Virus record (IMG/VR): IMGVR_UViG_3300020201_000026
Span: 1 to 54,968 of that record
Reading direction: 5' to 3' (one strand)
DNA: 54,968 bases
Origin: a virus
Taxonomy: Duplodnaviria > Caudoviricetes
Part shown: one piece after another, positions 44,665 to 54,968 of the stretch
How positions within the stretch are numbered: position 1 is the stretch's first letter
Layout of the letters: each line of letters begins with the position of its first letter
The notes under the pieces: generated by a model
Database searches by the model: none
Seen by the model: only the letters and a program-made list of their open reading frames with translations
What the model was told of the DNA's origin: nothing
Program-made: the position numbers and the translations under genes

Positions 44665-47600
44665 TGAGTAAAATATCCTTTAACAACTGCAGCACCACTG
44701 CTCAAAAAATGGAGTTTTTAGAACAAGAAGGCAAAGCAACAAATACTCAGAACAGGGCAGTAATGCAAGAATACGTTGCTAAATACCACCCTGTAACGGT
44801 GTTGAAAACTACAGAGGCATATAAAAGCACTGTTACTGACGACCCTACAAATGCCCTTTTGTATTTTCCTAAAACAGATAACCCTGTTATAGAAGGAAAA
44901 GGACTGTCCATATACGAAGATGAAAATGGACTGTATATGTATGGTTATTCTAAAGAGATTGCAGACGCTAATGAGGCAGTTAAAAAAGACCCTGAAAAGG
45001 TTTATTTTAGCAACCTCCTAATGGAATCAGACATACTTACAGAAGGAGTAGTAAAAGAGATTAAAGAACAGTTCGTCCCTTTAAAAATAGGGGAAGAAGT
45101 AGACAAGAGACCTGTTAGCGAAGTAGTATATGAGATATCCGAAAAAGAACTAAACAACTATACCCAAACTGAAATATCTGGTTTTATACAACGCTTTAGA
45201 ACAGAAGTGTTTGACAGTGTTTTCAGATACAAAATAGGAAAATGGGAAGAGTTATACCGACTCAAAAAAGAAATCATAGACAAAGCCAAAGAAGGAATAA
45301 ATGACGATACAAAAAGCACACACTATTTTGTGTTTATGTCTAAGTACTTTGACATATTCTTAGAAAACGAGTTCAAAGATGTGTTCACAGTAGATAGAGA
45401 GAAGCAGGATTACAAAATAGCAGTTACAATAGAAGAAACCGAAACAGAAATAGACGAAGACGAAGAAGGAGACCACGAGTATTCAAAAAACCAACTGTTT
45501 GTTGAGAGCAATAAACCACTAAAAGTAACTGGTTTTATGAAGATACTCTTTGGTGCTTTGAAAGGGACAGACGGCAAAAGGTACACTTACCCTAACTATG
45601 TCATCGCTTTATCCGAACTACAAGCTACTACCCTAAAAGAGTTTAGAGAGAAGGTAGATGCCTCGCATAGCCCTGAAATAAAAATCATTAAAGAGTACCT
45701 GTACGGACTTAAAGGGATAATAGCGTCTTCTACAACAACACCAAACCCTCTAATAAAAGATGCCTTCTCTCCTATCGCCTCTAATATAGAAACAGCCCTG
45801 CAACAAATAGCAACTTCTAACAAGCCACAAATACACGCCAACATAATAAAGAAAGACAAAACAGAACAAGGCTTAGAGGTACTCTCTGTGTTTAGAACAC
45901 AAGGGCAAAAAGAAAGACTAAACTCTATTGTAAGTATTGTAAATGACAAAGACGTGCTTGCCCTTTTAAGAGCGCATACTGGGCTAAAGAAAAAGGCAGA
46001 AGACACTACAAAGACTGCTGAAGAACAAGCGGTAGCAAAAGAGCTATACAAAGAATCTATTGTCAATCTATCAAAAGTGTTAGGTATAATAAACAGCCCT
46101 GACGCAACAGTGTTGATAAATGAAATATCAGCTAAAGCAAGTAGTTCAAAAGATGACAACCCACAGAGGTTTAGCAGAAGCATCTCACAAGACAGCGACC
46201 TCATAACACTTATACAACAAGGTGAGGCTTTGCAAGCTAACAATACACTGACAGTTAGTGTAGACGGCAAGCAGGTATCTGTCTTACAGAGAAGCAATCA
46301 GCTAAACACATTGCCTGCTGTTTCAACAGAGTATGGAAAAACAGACACCTTCTCAGTAGGCACAGTTGTAGAAACAAACAGGTTCAAAGACGGCGACTTA
46401 GCAAGAGGGGTAGTCAGAATAGACAATACCGCATATCTACAGTCAGGGTACGTTTTAAACGGGTTCAAAATATCGTATGCTGGGTTCACTGATTTAGAAA
46501 TGCTGAAGACAGCGTTAGAGATGTTTAACAAAGGAAGAAACATTGCCCAAACTTCCTTTTTAATACAGACCATAACACAATCTGACCAATCAACTCCTGT
46601 TGCTACTCAAATTAGTTTTGGCTCAAGATTCTTTGAAAATGTGTCTTTAAACTTTAAAGATGAAAACGGAAAACCAATAGCGTTTGACAGTAGCAACAAT
46701 GCTCACTGGATAAAAGTCCTTAACCAACGCACTTTCAAAAACGAGTTAAACTATTGGGGACACACATTGCGTAACATGTTTGCCCACATAGGATTACCCC
46801 CATACATAACTCTATCTGAAATGGTAGAAGAGCTAAGTAAAGAAACGGCTATCCCAGAAGGAATATCTGTCAATCAACTCCAAGCCAGATTAGGTAGAAA
46901 CTACATAAGTGTTTCTAAAGACGGAAAAACATTTAGTCTTAACCCCGACTTAAAAAAATACCTCAACGCTCTTGACACACAAGAAGGGTTTACTTCTGAG
47001 TTAGACAAGATGTGGGAGGAAACCCTGTTAGTAATCAAAGACAGGTATGCCGCTGGTGTTTTTAGTGCCGATGAAACTGACCAGTTAAAACTAATGCACT
47101 ATCTACACGCTTATACAGACCGCGTGATTAACCCATTGCTGGTAGGCGATATGTTCTCCTATAAAGGCAACAACGTGTTTAAGAAGGTGGTAGACAGGTT
47201 TAAGAGGAGCAAGCAGTCAGGAGGCATAGGGTTAGCTGAAACAGCTTTCGGATTAGGAGAAACAGTTAGCACAATTGCCCTCACCTCCTTTTCAAGCAGC
47301 AAGTTGTTCAAAAACGATTTGCCTGATAGCAACACTGACACACGGATACATGATGTTTTTGGCAACGAGGTAAAAGACTTCAAGGCAGTAGACGGACAGT
47401 CTTTTATGTCCCCTTTACAAGCACGATTAATGAGAGAGTCATTCGGTGGGGACTTGCAAGACTACTTCAAGAACGGGCTTGACACTAAGACACTGATAAC
47501 AGGAATGCTGGGCAACCACACAATCAATATAAAAGACTCAACCCTGACTATCTCCCCAAACATTTACCGCATATCAACGCCTGTGCAGAAGGCAATATAC

Positions 47601-50600
47601 AGACTAATGTATAGCCGAACATACGCAACAGACTTAACCGATATACAATCCTCTATTGACTTTGTTGTAGACAAAGTAATAAAAGACCATGACAAAAGAC
47701 AAGGGCTTAAAACGCACCTTTCAGAAAACCCAACCCACAACAACGCTTGGGAGTTATTGCGTAGCATCAACATAGGCTTAGGAAACAATAACACGAGCAA
47801 TGAAATACTACAGGAGTCAGAAGACTTGCTGTATTACCTCACTATTGTCTTTTATCTTCAAGGTGGCAAATACAGCGACATCAAAGAGAAGTTTTTCAGC
47901 AGTGTTTCTAACATAGAAAACATTAAAGCCAACAACGGCATAGAGCTAAAGCCAATAGACGACTCTTTTGTATTTGAAGACGGCAATATTGCTATAAACA
48001 ATGCGACATTTGACGACTATCAGTATTCTCAAATACCAACTAAGAACATAAAGATACAGTTAAATGCCAATCACGACATAGCGCACTCTGCTATAACCCT
48101 AATGACACAAGCGGTAAATGTGATGGGTATTCAAGGGAGAGTAGAAAAGGGCAAGAAGATGAAGGAAATAATCAAACGCCTTACAGACACAATAGTAGTG
48201 GACATACCGCTACTCAAAGACATACCTGAAGAAGAGCTAAACGAAGAGTTAACAAAAATACTGTTACAAACTATTGAGGATAAAGACAACCTCATGCAGA
48301 AGAATGAGATATTAGCATCAGAAGACGGTAGCATAGTTTTTCTGCCATACTACTCCAATCTTTTAAGCAACAAGCTAAACACATATATAAACAAAGCAAT
48401 TAAGCCTAAGATAAAAGGGGACTTGTTTGTGCTTAGACAAGGCACTAATATGATACAGGTTTATGACTGGCAAGTTGCTACAACAGGGGAAACACAGTCT
48501 GGGCTATATGACGAGTACCAAAGTGCAATGTCAAAAGGACACGTGATAGTAGGAAAACCTCGTACATTGAAAAACGACGGCATCTTATACAAAGGGAAAG
48601 ACATTAGATTCCCTAACAAATACAACGAAGAAGAAAAAGACACCATAACAGAAAGAGCATCTGAGATATTACAAGGGGTAGCCTCAAAGACAATAGACGA
48701 ACAAGTGTGGTTAGACTTTATAGACGAAAACAGCAGTGTTTTTACTGTAAGACCGTTTGAAGTAGTTTTACCAAACAACTACAGGAAGGAACTTCCATTT
48801 GTGCAACAGCTCGGATTAAACGCTTCACAAGCTGAAATAAAGCAGTGGTATGATAAAGCAGGCAAAGAAGAAGACAACACGGAACTCGCTCATAAAAAGT
48901 ATTTAGAACTGCAATCTATAAAAGAAGTTATAGTAAACAGGATACCTACAACAGGTCTTCACTCTTCTGGGTACTCTAAAATAGTAGGCTTCCACAATGA
49001 CAACTCCAACACTATCTTTATACCAGACGGCATAATGTATATACAAGGCTCGGATTTGGATATTGACAAAGGAGTAACTGTTTTACGCGACCTTAAAACA
49101 AAAGACAAAACAGGCAACGATAAACAAAGCATAAAAGAAGCTAACAGCATATTAGACACCTTTATAGATGTGTTGTCTAAACCTCGTAGCTACAACGAGG
49201 CACACACTCCTGTAACAACCAACGAGATGGACGAGGTTAAGACAGACCTAATGGAGGAATTGTCAGATGAAGACAAAAGGTTTATGAACTTTAACCCGTA
49301 CAGAACCTTTATGGATATGATAGCTGGCAACTGGCTAAACGGTGGAGGCAAGACACAAGTAGGGGTATATGCTAACTCTCAAAAAGTATATAACAACGTG
49401 TTTTATGTTTGCAGCACTCTAATTGAAGAGGCATATTTCGCAGCAAAAAGCGTTTCTTTTTATGGACAATCTGCCGAGTGGATAAGAACAGAGGGAAGAA
49501 AATGGGTACTTGCAAACCACTCTGACGCAAAAATAAAACAAGTATTTAATTTGTTTCCTGCTATTACATTTCAAAGCCCTATATTAGTAGAAGCAACAGA
49601 CGGAGGCAAGGCAAACACAATAGGCAATATCTTTCAACCACGCAGTAAAAATCAAGTTTGGGCAAGTCAGTCAGGGGCAAGTAACTCCGCAATGGACAAT
49701 GCAAAAGACCCTAAGTTAGCAATAATAGGTAGCACGTCAGTAACCTCTCCCCTAATAGGAGCGGCTATGATGCTTGGAGGAGAAGACAGCTCTCCTATTC
49801 ACTATTCGTTTTTAAAGTTTTTTGCTGACCCTATTACCAAAGCTATTGTCAAGAACAAAGGGCAAGCCACTGATAAAATGACAGCTGAGTTTGAAAAAGA
49901 CCCAGCCTCTAAAGGGCTTGTTGCCAAGTACTTAAAGGACTACAAGGCTTTAGAAAAGTGGGCGGAGTTTTCTAACGGGCTTGCTAAACTGTTAAAGATA
50001 AATCAGGGCGCACCGTTTCAAACAGTAGACCTCTTGATATTTCAAGACGACTATGATACAGCAATGCAGGCTAAAGACGGCAGAATAAAAATAGTAATGG
50101 ACAACTTACCAGAGTTTTCTAACTATTTTAAAGTAATGAATAGTAACACAAAGTCAAAGTCCAAGCTGTTCAAAGATGTAGCTTTGATAATGGAGTATTT
50201 TAGAACAGATAAAAACATAATAGCCTCTCAAAAAACAAATACTGATGACGAGGCTGAAACAATAAACGTCAACAAGTCAGCAAGGACAAGAGACCATTAC
50301 AAAAGCATATCAAAAGCAGTGTCGTATTTGCTTTTAGCATCAAGCAGAGTAAACATAGCCATTGATTACAATGGAAAAAAGGAAGTCTTTGAAATAAATA
50401 GCAAAGAAGTTTTGGACTATCAAGGAAACACAGTAGGGTCAAAGGCACTTGAAGACTTTGGCAGAAGGTTTCCTAAAATGATAAAATGGTATTTAACCAC
50501 AAACTCATCGTTATATCCTACCTTATACGACAAAGTCAAATTAGACGAGGACGTAATAGGCAAGGACGAAACAGTAGCCAAAGCAGAGATAAAGTACTCA

Positions 50601-53600
50601 AGCACATTAGACTACAAGACACAGTTAGCTCTTCAAGAGGAGTTTCAAAAGATGCCTCTTGAGTGGCAAGACGCATTGTATATGTACTCTGCTATGAAAG
50701 ACGGCGAGTCTTTTGGCAAACACACCTTCACTTCTATTTTCGGGGGCAGCGTGCAACGTCAAAGAACTATAGACGCTATACGCAGATTTGACATTCGCAA
50801 AGTTCCTGACGACTACATGATGGACGCAATAAGAAAGATAAGCAAAGGAGGGTTTCGGCTTGTGTTTAACACTCAGCCAGCGGTAAACGCAAGTGTTGTC
50901 AGCATAGACTCCTCTCTTTCAAAAAACGAAATGGCAACAACAGAAGCCAAAACAAAGATGAAAGGGCTTGTAGGAGCTTTGTTTACAAAACTGTTTGACT
51001 TCCTAAACGCAAAAGGAGTGGTAGTCCATTCTGGAAACAGTGAAACGTTAAAAGCCGTCTTTATAGCAAAGGGGGGGACGGAAGCAATGTACAATAACTA
51101 CGCCTCTTCTGCAAAAGGGTTTACTTTTAAAAATGAAATTTATATAAACCCTTTTGAAGATAGCGAAAATGTGCTTTTAACAAGAGCGCACGAGTACGCC
51201 CACATATTTTTACAAATGCTAAAGCACGGAGGCAAAGAAGCTAATGCCAGCTATGTCAAGCTATTAGAACAAGTGAAAGAGGCAAGAGGGGAGTTCAAAG
51301 AGTCAATAGACAAGGTCAATGCGTTGTATGAAGGGGAGTTAGAAGAAACCTCAGAAGACTATTGGGAAGAGGTTCTGGTTCAAGAGTTAGAAAGAATAGC
51401 CAAACTTGAAATTGAGAAGAAGCCTGTTGAAATAACCCCTTCTATACAAGACGCAAGAAAGTCAATATGGCAAGCCATAAGAGCCTTTTTCACGTTTGAC
51501 TTTAGCTTCAACACGGTTAAGGCAAACAGAAAAGGGGTAAGTGCAGAAGAAACCCTTCTTTCTATTGTGAAGTCGTTACACAGATACATAGGCGAAAGCA
51601 CAAAGGAAACTTCTCTGAGAGAGCAATACCCGTTAAAAAGCCTGACCAAGACGGAAACAGAAAAGGTTCGCCAAAGCAAACAAGACACAGAACGCCCTAT
51701 TGGTAGGTTTACTAATCAAGACACTCTTACTCCTAACTATGACTATGTTCTTTTAAGAGAGAGGTACATGAAAGACCTAAACCCAAAACTCAACGCGGCA
51801 CTGATAAAAAAATTAGAAGCAAACAAAACTCCTGAGAGCATTAGGATAATCTTAGAAAACGCAGGACTGATATCTTCTGCTCCTACTGTGTTAGCTCTCT
51901 CTTTGTTTGATGCTCAAAACCTAAAAGAAAAAGACCAGCACAGGGTTAATAGAATATTCCAACATTCTTCTAAGCTACAAGTTGAAAGAAGAGAAATACG
52001 CGAAAGCCCTGACCCAAGATTTAAGGACGTGTTGTATGCTGTTAAAACAGTAAACGGCGTAGAATACATAGACTTGATAGGGTGTTTGTCTGTTGTACCT
52101 TTAACTAAGACGCACGGTTCTTTGACTAAGTTTAGTTCATTCACCAGCTTCTTTCAAAACAACATAAGAGATGCAAAGATGTTAGAGCTTGCTATCTTTG
52201 CCTTGTACTTAAAGACCAAGTATCCAAAAGCTGTGTTTGGAACTATGAAGGTAGCCCAAATTGCAAACAACTTGGACAAAGCGGAAGACGTGCATATAAA
52301 AGATGCCAATCAAGTGATACGTGAGTTCCAGAGAATGGGCAAAGACAACAAGGACAAGTACACAGCAGACTTCTTAGCCACTTTAAAAGACAAAGACTTA
52401 ATAGAAGCTATTCAGAGTATAGACTTGGTGGCTTCCAACTACCTTGAAATATACAAGCAGGAGTTTGCTGCAATGGGGGCAAACTTAGAAAAGACAGACG
52501 ACAAAGTTGCCTTTGTTAGAAAACGCAAGTCGGAAATAAGAAACACGACTGTTGGATTTTCAACAAACGAGGAGTACATTTTATTGTCGCGACTTGAATC
52601 AGAGCTTATCGGCTTAGACATGCAAGGCAACAAGGTGATTGACAAGATAAGTCGCTGGCTTAAGTCCTCTTCTGATTTTACAAACGAGATAGTGCAGTAT
52701 GTTCAGAACTTGACTAAGAAGGCTTTTGACAATATAGCGAAAGAGTATTGGAGCGGATTTAGAAAAGTGTCTGATTTGAAAACAGCAGCATTGATTGTGG
52801 CTCTTAGAAAAGCCTTGCCCGAGTTGCAGTACGGAACAATCAAAGGCTACCGTGAGTACTACAAGCACTTGTGGGAGACGGATACTAATGGAATAAAAAC
52901 AGGCAGATTGATAAACCCTGTAACCTCTCCTACTGTCAATCCCTCGTTGTGGAGTAGCAAGTGGAGTCATTTGCTAAAAGACAAAGACATTATAGGCTAC
53001 ATTGAATGGTACAAGGACACTTTGGCAGAATACAAAACAAAGATGTACCAAAGAGAAGAAGGCATAAACAGGTCTCCTATAAGCCTACTTGGGGACGAGT
53101 ACTTTATACCTTTGGTCAATGCCAAATGGTCGCAGCAGCTGTTCCAAAACGGAAAGATAGTAAAAGCTTTTAACGAAGTTACAGCTGTAATAAACGACTA
53201 TGATAGAATTTCAGGGAAGCAGTTGCTCACGGACAACTTAGACAAAGACTTATACAATCACTTTGTTTCTCAGTCTTTAAGCAAAGACATTTACTTTAAC
53301 AGGATAGGGCTACAGCGATTAGGGGACAACACCTATGCAGTACAAGAGGGCGGCAAGGTCAAGAACGAAAGTACAGAGATACACTTGGAGAACTTGTTGA
53401 ACTTGTTCGTTATGACAGAAATGAAGCAGTCCCATTTGAAGGAAGTCGCAGAAGTCTATGACACTGTCCTGACTATCTTAAAAGCAGAAAACAACCCAGA
53501 CCTTGACTACTCTATAAGATTCTTTACAGACCAGTACCAGAGGGTTATTCTGAACCATAAGAACTTAGACAACGGGTTGTTTGATAAAATAACCTCTGCT

Positions 53601-54956
53601 TTGGGGTCAGTGGCGACATATTTCGGCATTGGCTTCAACATGACAACAGCAGTACACCAAATGGCACAAGGGCAGTGGAACTTGTGGAACAATGCCTTTT
53701 CTGGTGTTATGGGAGTAGACAATGCGGTTAGCATGAAGGCTTGTGCAAAAGCATTTGGCATAATGACTACGGCGACAGGAGGAAACATTGCAGGCACTAT
53801 CTTTAAGATAGGCGGCTACAACGGGCAAAACACCAAGACAGTAGAGAAAGTTGAAGCCTTGTCTAAACATTTCAGATTGTTGGACATGGACTATAGCAGG
53901 ATAACAGGAAACCAGTATTCGCTGACAGGGAACTTTGCTTCTGACTTACCTTTCATAGGACTGAACGCAGGGGATTACTTTAACAAAATGCAGTACTTTA
54001 TTGCAAAAATGATTGACGATGGTTCTTGGGACGCGTACAATATGACTAAGGTTAATAAAGACGGCAAAAAAGTAAAAGACTCGGAGGAAGGAATTTACAC
54101 GTTGTTTTATGACGAAAGCAAAGACAGACGGCTAAAAGAAAACCCTTTGTTTAGGGCATACCTTGTTGAGCAGGGATTAGAAGTAGACGGGAAGCTAACA
54201 GACGGCTACTCTTATGAAATGGCTAACAAGATAAGAAGGCTCTCTGACATATTGTTTGGCACGTTTTCTAAAGAAGACCAGAACAATCTTAACTCGTATG
54301 CGTTTTTTAGATTGATACTTGCTTTTAGAAGGTGGGTTGTCCCTAAGATAATGCGGTATTGGAACGGGAGAACCTTTGACAATAAGGAACTCGGCAACCT
54401 TGTAAACAAAGACGGCAAAATGGTTTGGGAAGGCACGTTTAGTGAAGGTATATTTATGTCTATTGGCTCTTGGATGTATAACATCAACAAGGCGTTCAAG
54501 CAAGACGGAATGGGCATATCTGTTTTCCCCAAAGCGTGGGGCGAGCTAAACAAAACTCAGCAAGACAACATTTACAGAGGGGCTACGGACTTAGTTATGT
54601 TTATTGCTCTTGTTTCTATGATGATGTTAGCAGAGCCTGACCCAGAGGAAAGAAGTAGAAGAAGGGGGATATGGAAAAAGATATATGACCTAACAGCAGA
54701 TTTCACTATTGCGAATGACCCGAGTCAGGTTTTGGCAATTATAAAATCTCCTATCACGTTGGTTACCTATTTAGAGAGGCTGCTTTCTATTTTCACGCTT
54801 GGGCTTTTTACGGGAATAGAAGGGGCGACAGGGTTTGATATTTTGACAGACCGACAAGTTAAACAGAGATTAAAAGGAGTACGTGATTTTGGGGGGTTGT
54901 TTGTACCACTCTACAAAGACTACAGGTACTGGGAAGAAATGATGGACGATAAATAA
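44664..54956 (+). CDS. virion-packaged two-barrel RNA polymerase polyprotein (phi14:2 gp66-like) with zincin-like domain
   Basis: NRIPTTGLHS followed by QGSDLDIDKG (DxDxD, 49053-49067); upstream DGQSFMSP; HEYAH at 51189-51203 with downstream EEVLV; hydrophobic C-terminus. Confidence 0.88.
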   Translation: MSKISFNNCSTTAQKMEFLEQEGKATNTQNRAVMQEYVAKYHPVTVLKTTEAYKSTVTDDPTNALLYFPKTDNPVIEGKGLSIYEDENGLYMYGYSKEIADANEAVKKDPEKVYFSNLLMESDILTEGVVKEIKEQFVPLKIGEEVDKRPVSEVVYEISEKELNNYTQTEISGFIQRFRTEVFDSVFRYKIGKWEELYRLKKEIIDKAKEGINDDTKSTHYFVFMSKYFDIFLENEFKDVFTVDREKQDYKIAVTIEETETEIDEDEEGDHEYSKNQLFVESNKPLKVTGFMKILFGALKGTDGKRYTYPNYVIALSELQATTLKEFREKVDASHSPEIKIIKEYLYGLKGIIASSTTTPNPLIKDAFSPIASNIETALQQIATSNKPQIHANIIKKDKTEQGLEVLSVFRTQGQKERLNSIVSIVNDKDVLALLRAHTGLKKKAEDTTKTAEEQAVAKELYKESIVNLSKVLGIINSPDATVLINEISAKASSSKDDNPQRFSRSISQDSDLITLIQQGEALQANNTLTVSVDGKQVSVLQRSNQLNTLPAVSTEYGKTDTFSVGTVVETNRFKDGDLARGVVRIDNTAYLQSGYVLNGFKISYAGFTDLEMLKTALEMFNKGRNIAQTSFLIQTITQSDQSTPVATQISFGSRFFENVSLNFKDENGKPIAFDSSNNAHWIKVLNQRTFKNELNYWGHTLRNMFAHIGLPPYITLSEMVEELSKETAIPEGISVNQLQARLGRNYISVSKDGKTFSLNPDLKKYLNALDTQEGFTSELDKMWEETLLVIKDRYAAGVFSADETDQLKLMHYLHAYTDRVINPLLVGDMFSYKGNNVFKKVVDRFKRSKQSGGIGLAETAFGLGETVSTIALTSFSSSKLFKNDLPDSNTDTRIHDVFGNEVKDFKAVDGQSFMSPLQARLMRESFGGDLQDYFKNGLDTKTLITGMLGNHTINIKDSTLTISPNIYRISTPVQKAIYRLMYSRTYATDLTDIQSSIDFVVDKVIKDHDKRQGLKTHLSENPTHNNAWELLRSINIGLGNNNTSNEILQESEDLLYYLTIVFYLQGGKYSDIKEKFFSSVSNIENIKANNGIELKPIDDSFVFEDGNIAINNATFDDYQYSQIPTKNIKIQLNANHDIAHSAITLMTQAVNVMGIQGRVEKGKKMKEIIKRLTDTIVVDIPLLKDIPEEELNEELTKILLQTIEDKDNLMQKNEILASEDGSIVFLPYYSNLLSNKLNTYINKAIKPKIKGDLFVLRQGTNMIQVYDWQVATTGETQSGLYDEYQSAMSKGHVIVGKPRTLKNDGILYKGKDIRFPNKYNEEEKDTITERASEILQGVASKTIDEQVWLDFIDENSSVFTVRPFEVVLPNNYRKELPFVQQLGLNASQAEIKQWYDKAGKEEDNTELAHKKYLELQSIKEVIVNRIPTTGLHSSGYSKIVGFHNDNSNTIFIPDGIMYIQGSDLDIDKGVTVLRDLKTKDKTGNDKQSIKEANSILDTFIDVLSKPRSYNEAHTPVTTNEMDEVKTDLMEELSDEDKRFMNFNPYRTFMDMIAGNWLNGGGKTQVGVYANSQKVYNNVFYVCSTLIEEAYFAAKSVSFYGQSAEWIRTEGRKWVLANHSDAKIKQVFNLFPAITFQSPILVEATDGGKANTIGNIFQPRSKNQVWASQSGASNSAMDNAKDPKLAIIGSTSVTSPLIGAAMMLGGEDSSPIHYSFLKFFADPITKAIVKNKGQATDKMTAEFEKDPASKGLVAKYLKDYKALEKWAEFSNGLAKLLKINQGAPFQTVDLLIFQDDYDTAMQAKDGRIKIVMDNLPEFSNYFKVMNSNTKSKSKLFKDVALIMEYFRTDKNIIASQKTNTDDEAETINVNKSARTRDHYKSISKAVSYLLLASSRVNIAIDYNGKKEVFEINSKEVLDYQGNTVGSKALEDFGRRFPKMIKWYLTTNSSLYPTLYDKVKLDEDVIGKDETVAKAEIKYSSTLDYKTQLALQEEFQKMPLEWQDALYMYSAMKDGESFGKHTFTSIFGGSVQRQRTIDAIRRFDIRKVPDDYMMDAIRKISKGGFRLVFNTQPAVNASVVSIDSSLSKNEMATTEAKTKMKGLVGALFTKLFDFLNAKGVVVHSGNSETLKAVFIAKGGTEAMYNNYASSAKGFTFKNEIYINPFEDSENVLLTRAHEYAHIFLQMLKHGGKEANASYVKLLEQVKEARGEFKESIDKVNALYEGELEETSEDYWEEVLVQELERIAKLEIEKKPVEITPSIQDARKSIWQAIRAFFTFDFSFNTVKANRKGVSAEETLLSIVKSLHRYIGESTKETSLREQYPLKSLTKTETEKVRQSKQDTERPIGRFTNQDTLTPNYDYVLLRERYMKDLNPKLNAALIKKLEANKTPESIRIILENAGLISSAPTVLALSLFDAQNLKEKDQHRVNRIFQHSSKLQVERREIRESPDPRFKDVLYAVKTVNGVEYIDLIGCLSVVPLTKTHGSLTKFSSFTSFFQNNIRDAKMLELAIFALYLKTKYPKAVFGTMKVAQIANNLDKAEDVHIKDANQVIREFQRMGKDNKDKYTADFLATLKDKDLIEAIQSIDLVASNYLEIYKQEFAAMGANLEKTDDKVAFVRKRKSEIRNTTVGFSTNEEYILLSRLESELIGLDMQGNKVIDKISRWLKSSSDFTNEIVQYVQNLTKKAFDNIAKEYWSGFRKVSDLKTAALIVALRKALPELQYGTIKGYREYYKHLWETDTNGIKTGRLINPVTSPTVNPSLWSSKWSHLLKDKDIIGYIEWYKDTLAEYKTKMYQREEGINRSPISLLGDEYFIPLVNAKWSQQLFQNGKIVKAFNEVTAVINDYDRISGKQLLTDNLDKDLYNHFVSQSLSKDIYFNRIGLQRLGDNTYAVQEGGKVKNESTEIHLENLLNLFVMTEMKQSHLKEVAEVYDTVLTILKAENNPDLDYSIRFFTDQYQRVILNHKNLDNGLFDKITSALGSVATYFGIGFNMTTAVHQMAQGQWNLWNNAFSGVMGVDNAVSMKACAKAFGIMTTATGGNIAGTIFKIGGYNGQNTKTVEKVEALSKHFRLLDMDYSRITGNQYSLTGNFASDLPFIGLNAGDYFNKMQYFIAKMIDDGSWDAYNMTKVNKDGKKVKDSEEGIYTLFYDESKDRRLKENPLFRAYLVEQGLEVDGKLTDGYSYEMANKIRRLSDILFGTFSKEDQNNLNSYAFFRLILAFRRWVVPKIMRYWNGRTFDNKELGNLVNKDGKMVWEGTFSEGIFMSIGSWMYNINKAFKQDGMGISVFPKAWGELNKTQQDNIYRGATDLVMFIALVSMMMLAEPDPEERSRRRGIWKKIYDLTADFTIANDPSQVLAIIKSPITLVTYLERLLSIFTLGLFTGIEGATGFDILTDRQVKQRLKGVRDFGGLFVPLYKDYRYWEEMMDDK

Positions 54957-54968
54957 ATAAACAATAAA

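Noticed and set aside
12192-54553. Numerous minus-strand ORFs in the right arm (and plus-strand ORFs in the left arm)
   Set aside because: Antisense shadows of real genes with S/F/L-biased composition and no leaders.
1-54968. Stop-codon reassignment (TAG or TGA), known in some crAss-like phages
   Set aside because: Code 11 gives full-length, tightly packed ORFs, and both TAG (e.g. terL, csx20-like) and TGA (ATGA couplings) act as stops.

Overview
55 kb fragment of a crAss-like (Crassvirales-related) podophage genome, probably infecting Bacteroidota: TAnnTTTG/TTTG promoters, A-rich leaders without Shine-Dalgarno, standard code 11. Two divergent arms meet at ~11.1-11.7 kb. The right arm (+) carries tRNA-Arg(TCT), a PD-(D/E)XK nuclease, a metallophosphoesterase, a candidate endolysin, TerL, portal, holin-like and u-spanin-like genes, MCP, ring/tail proteins, ejected cargo proteins (one with an SF1 helicase domain) and a 3430-aa virion RNA polymerase (DLDID). 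The left arm (-) is an accessory, probably early, region of duplicated small genes, a HrpA-like DEAH helicase and two Csx20-like proteins (candidate anti-CRISPR ring nucleases). Its intergenic spacers are unusually rich in structured RNA-like elements, several repeated with compensatory base changes: a GAAA-tetraloop/11-nt-receptor RNA, two pseudoknot families, a three-way junction, a 52-nt anticodon-less tRNA mimic and a ~450-nt multi-pseudoknot RNA. This RNA-rich early module is the best candidate for an undescribed system. All assignments come from reading motifs by eye; no searches or folding programs were run.
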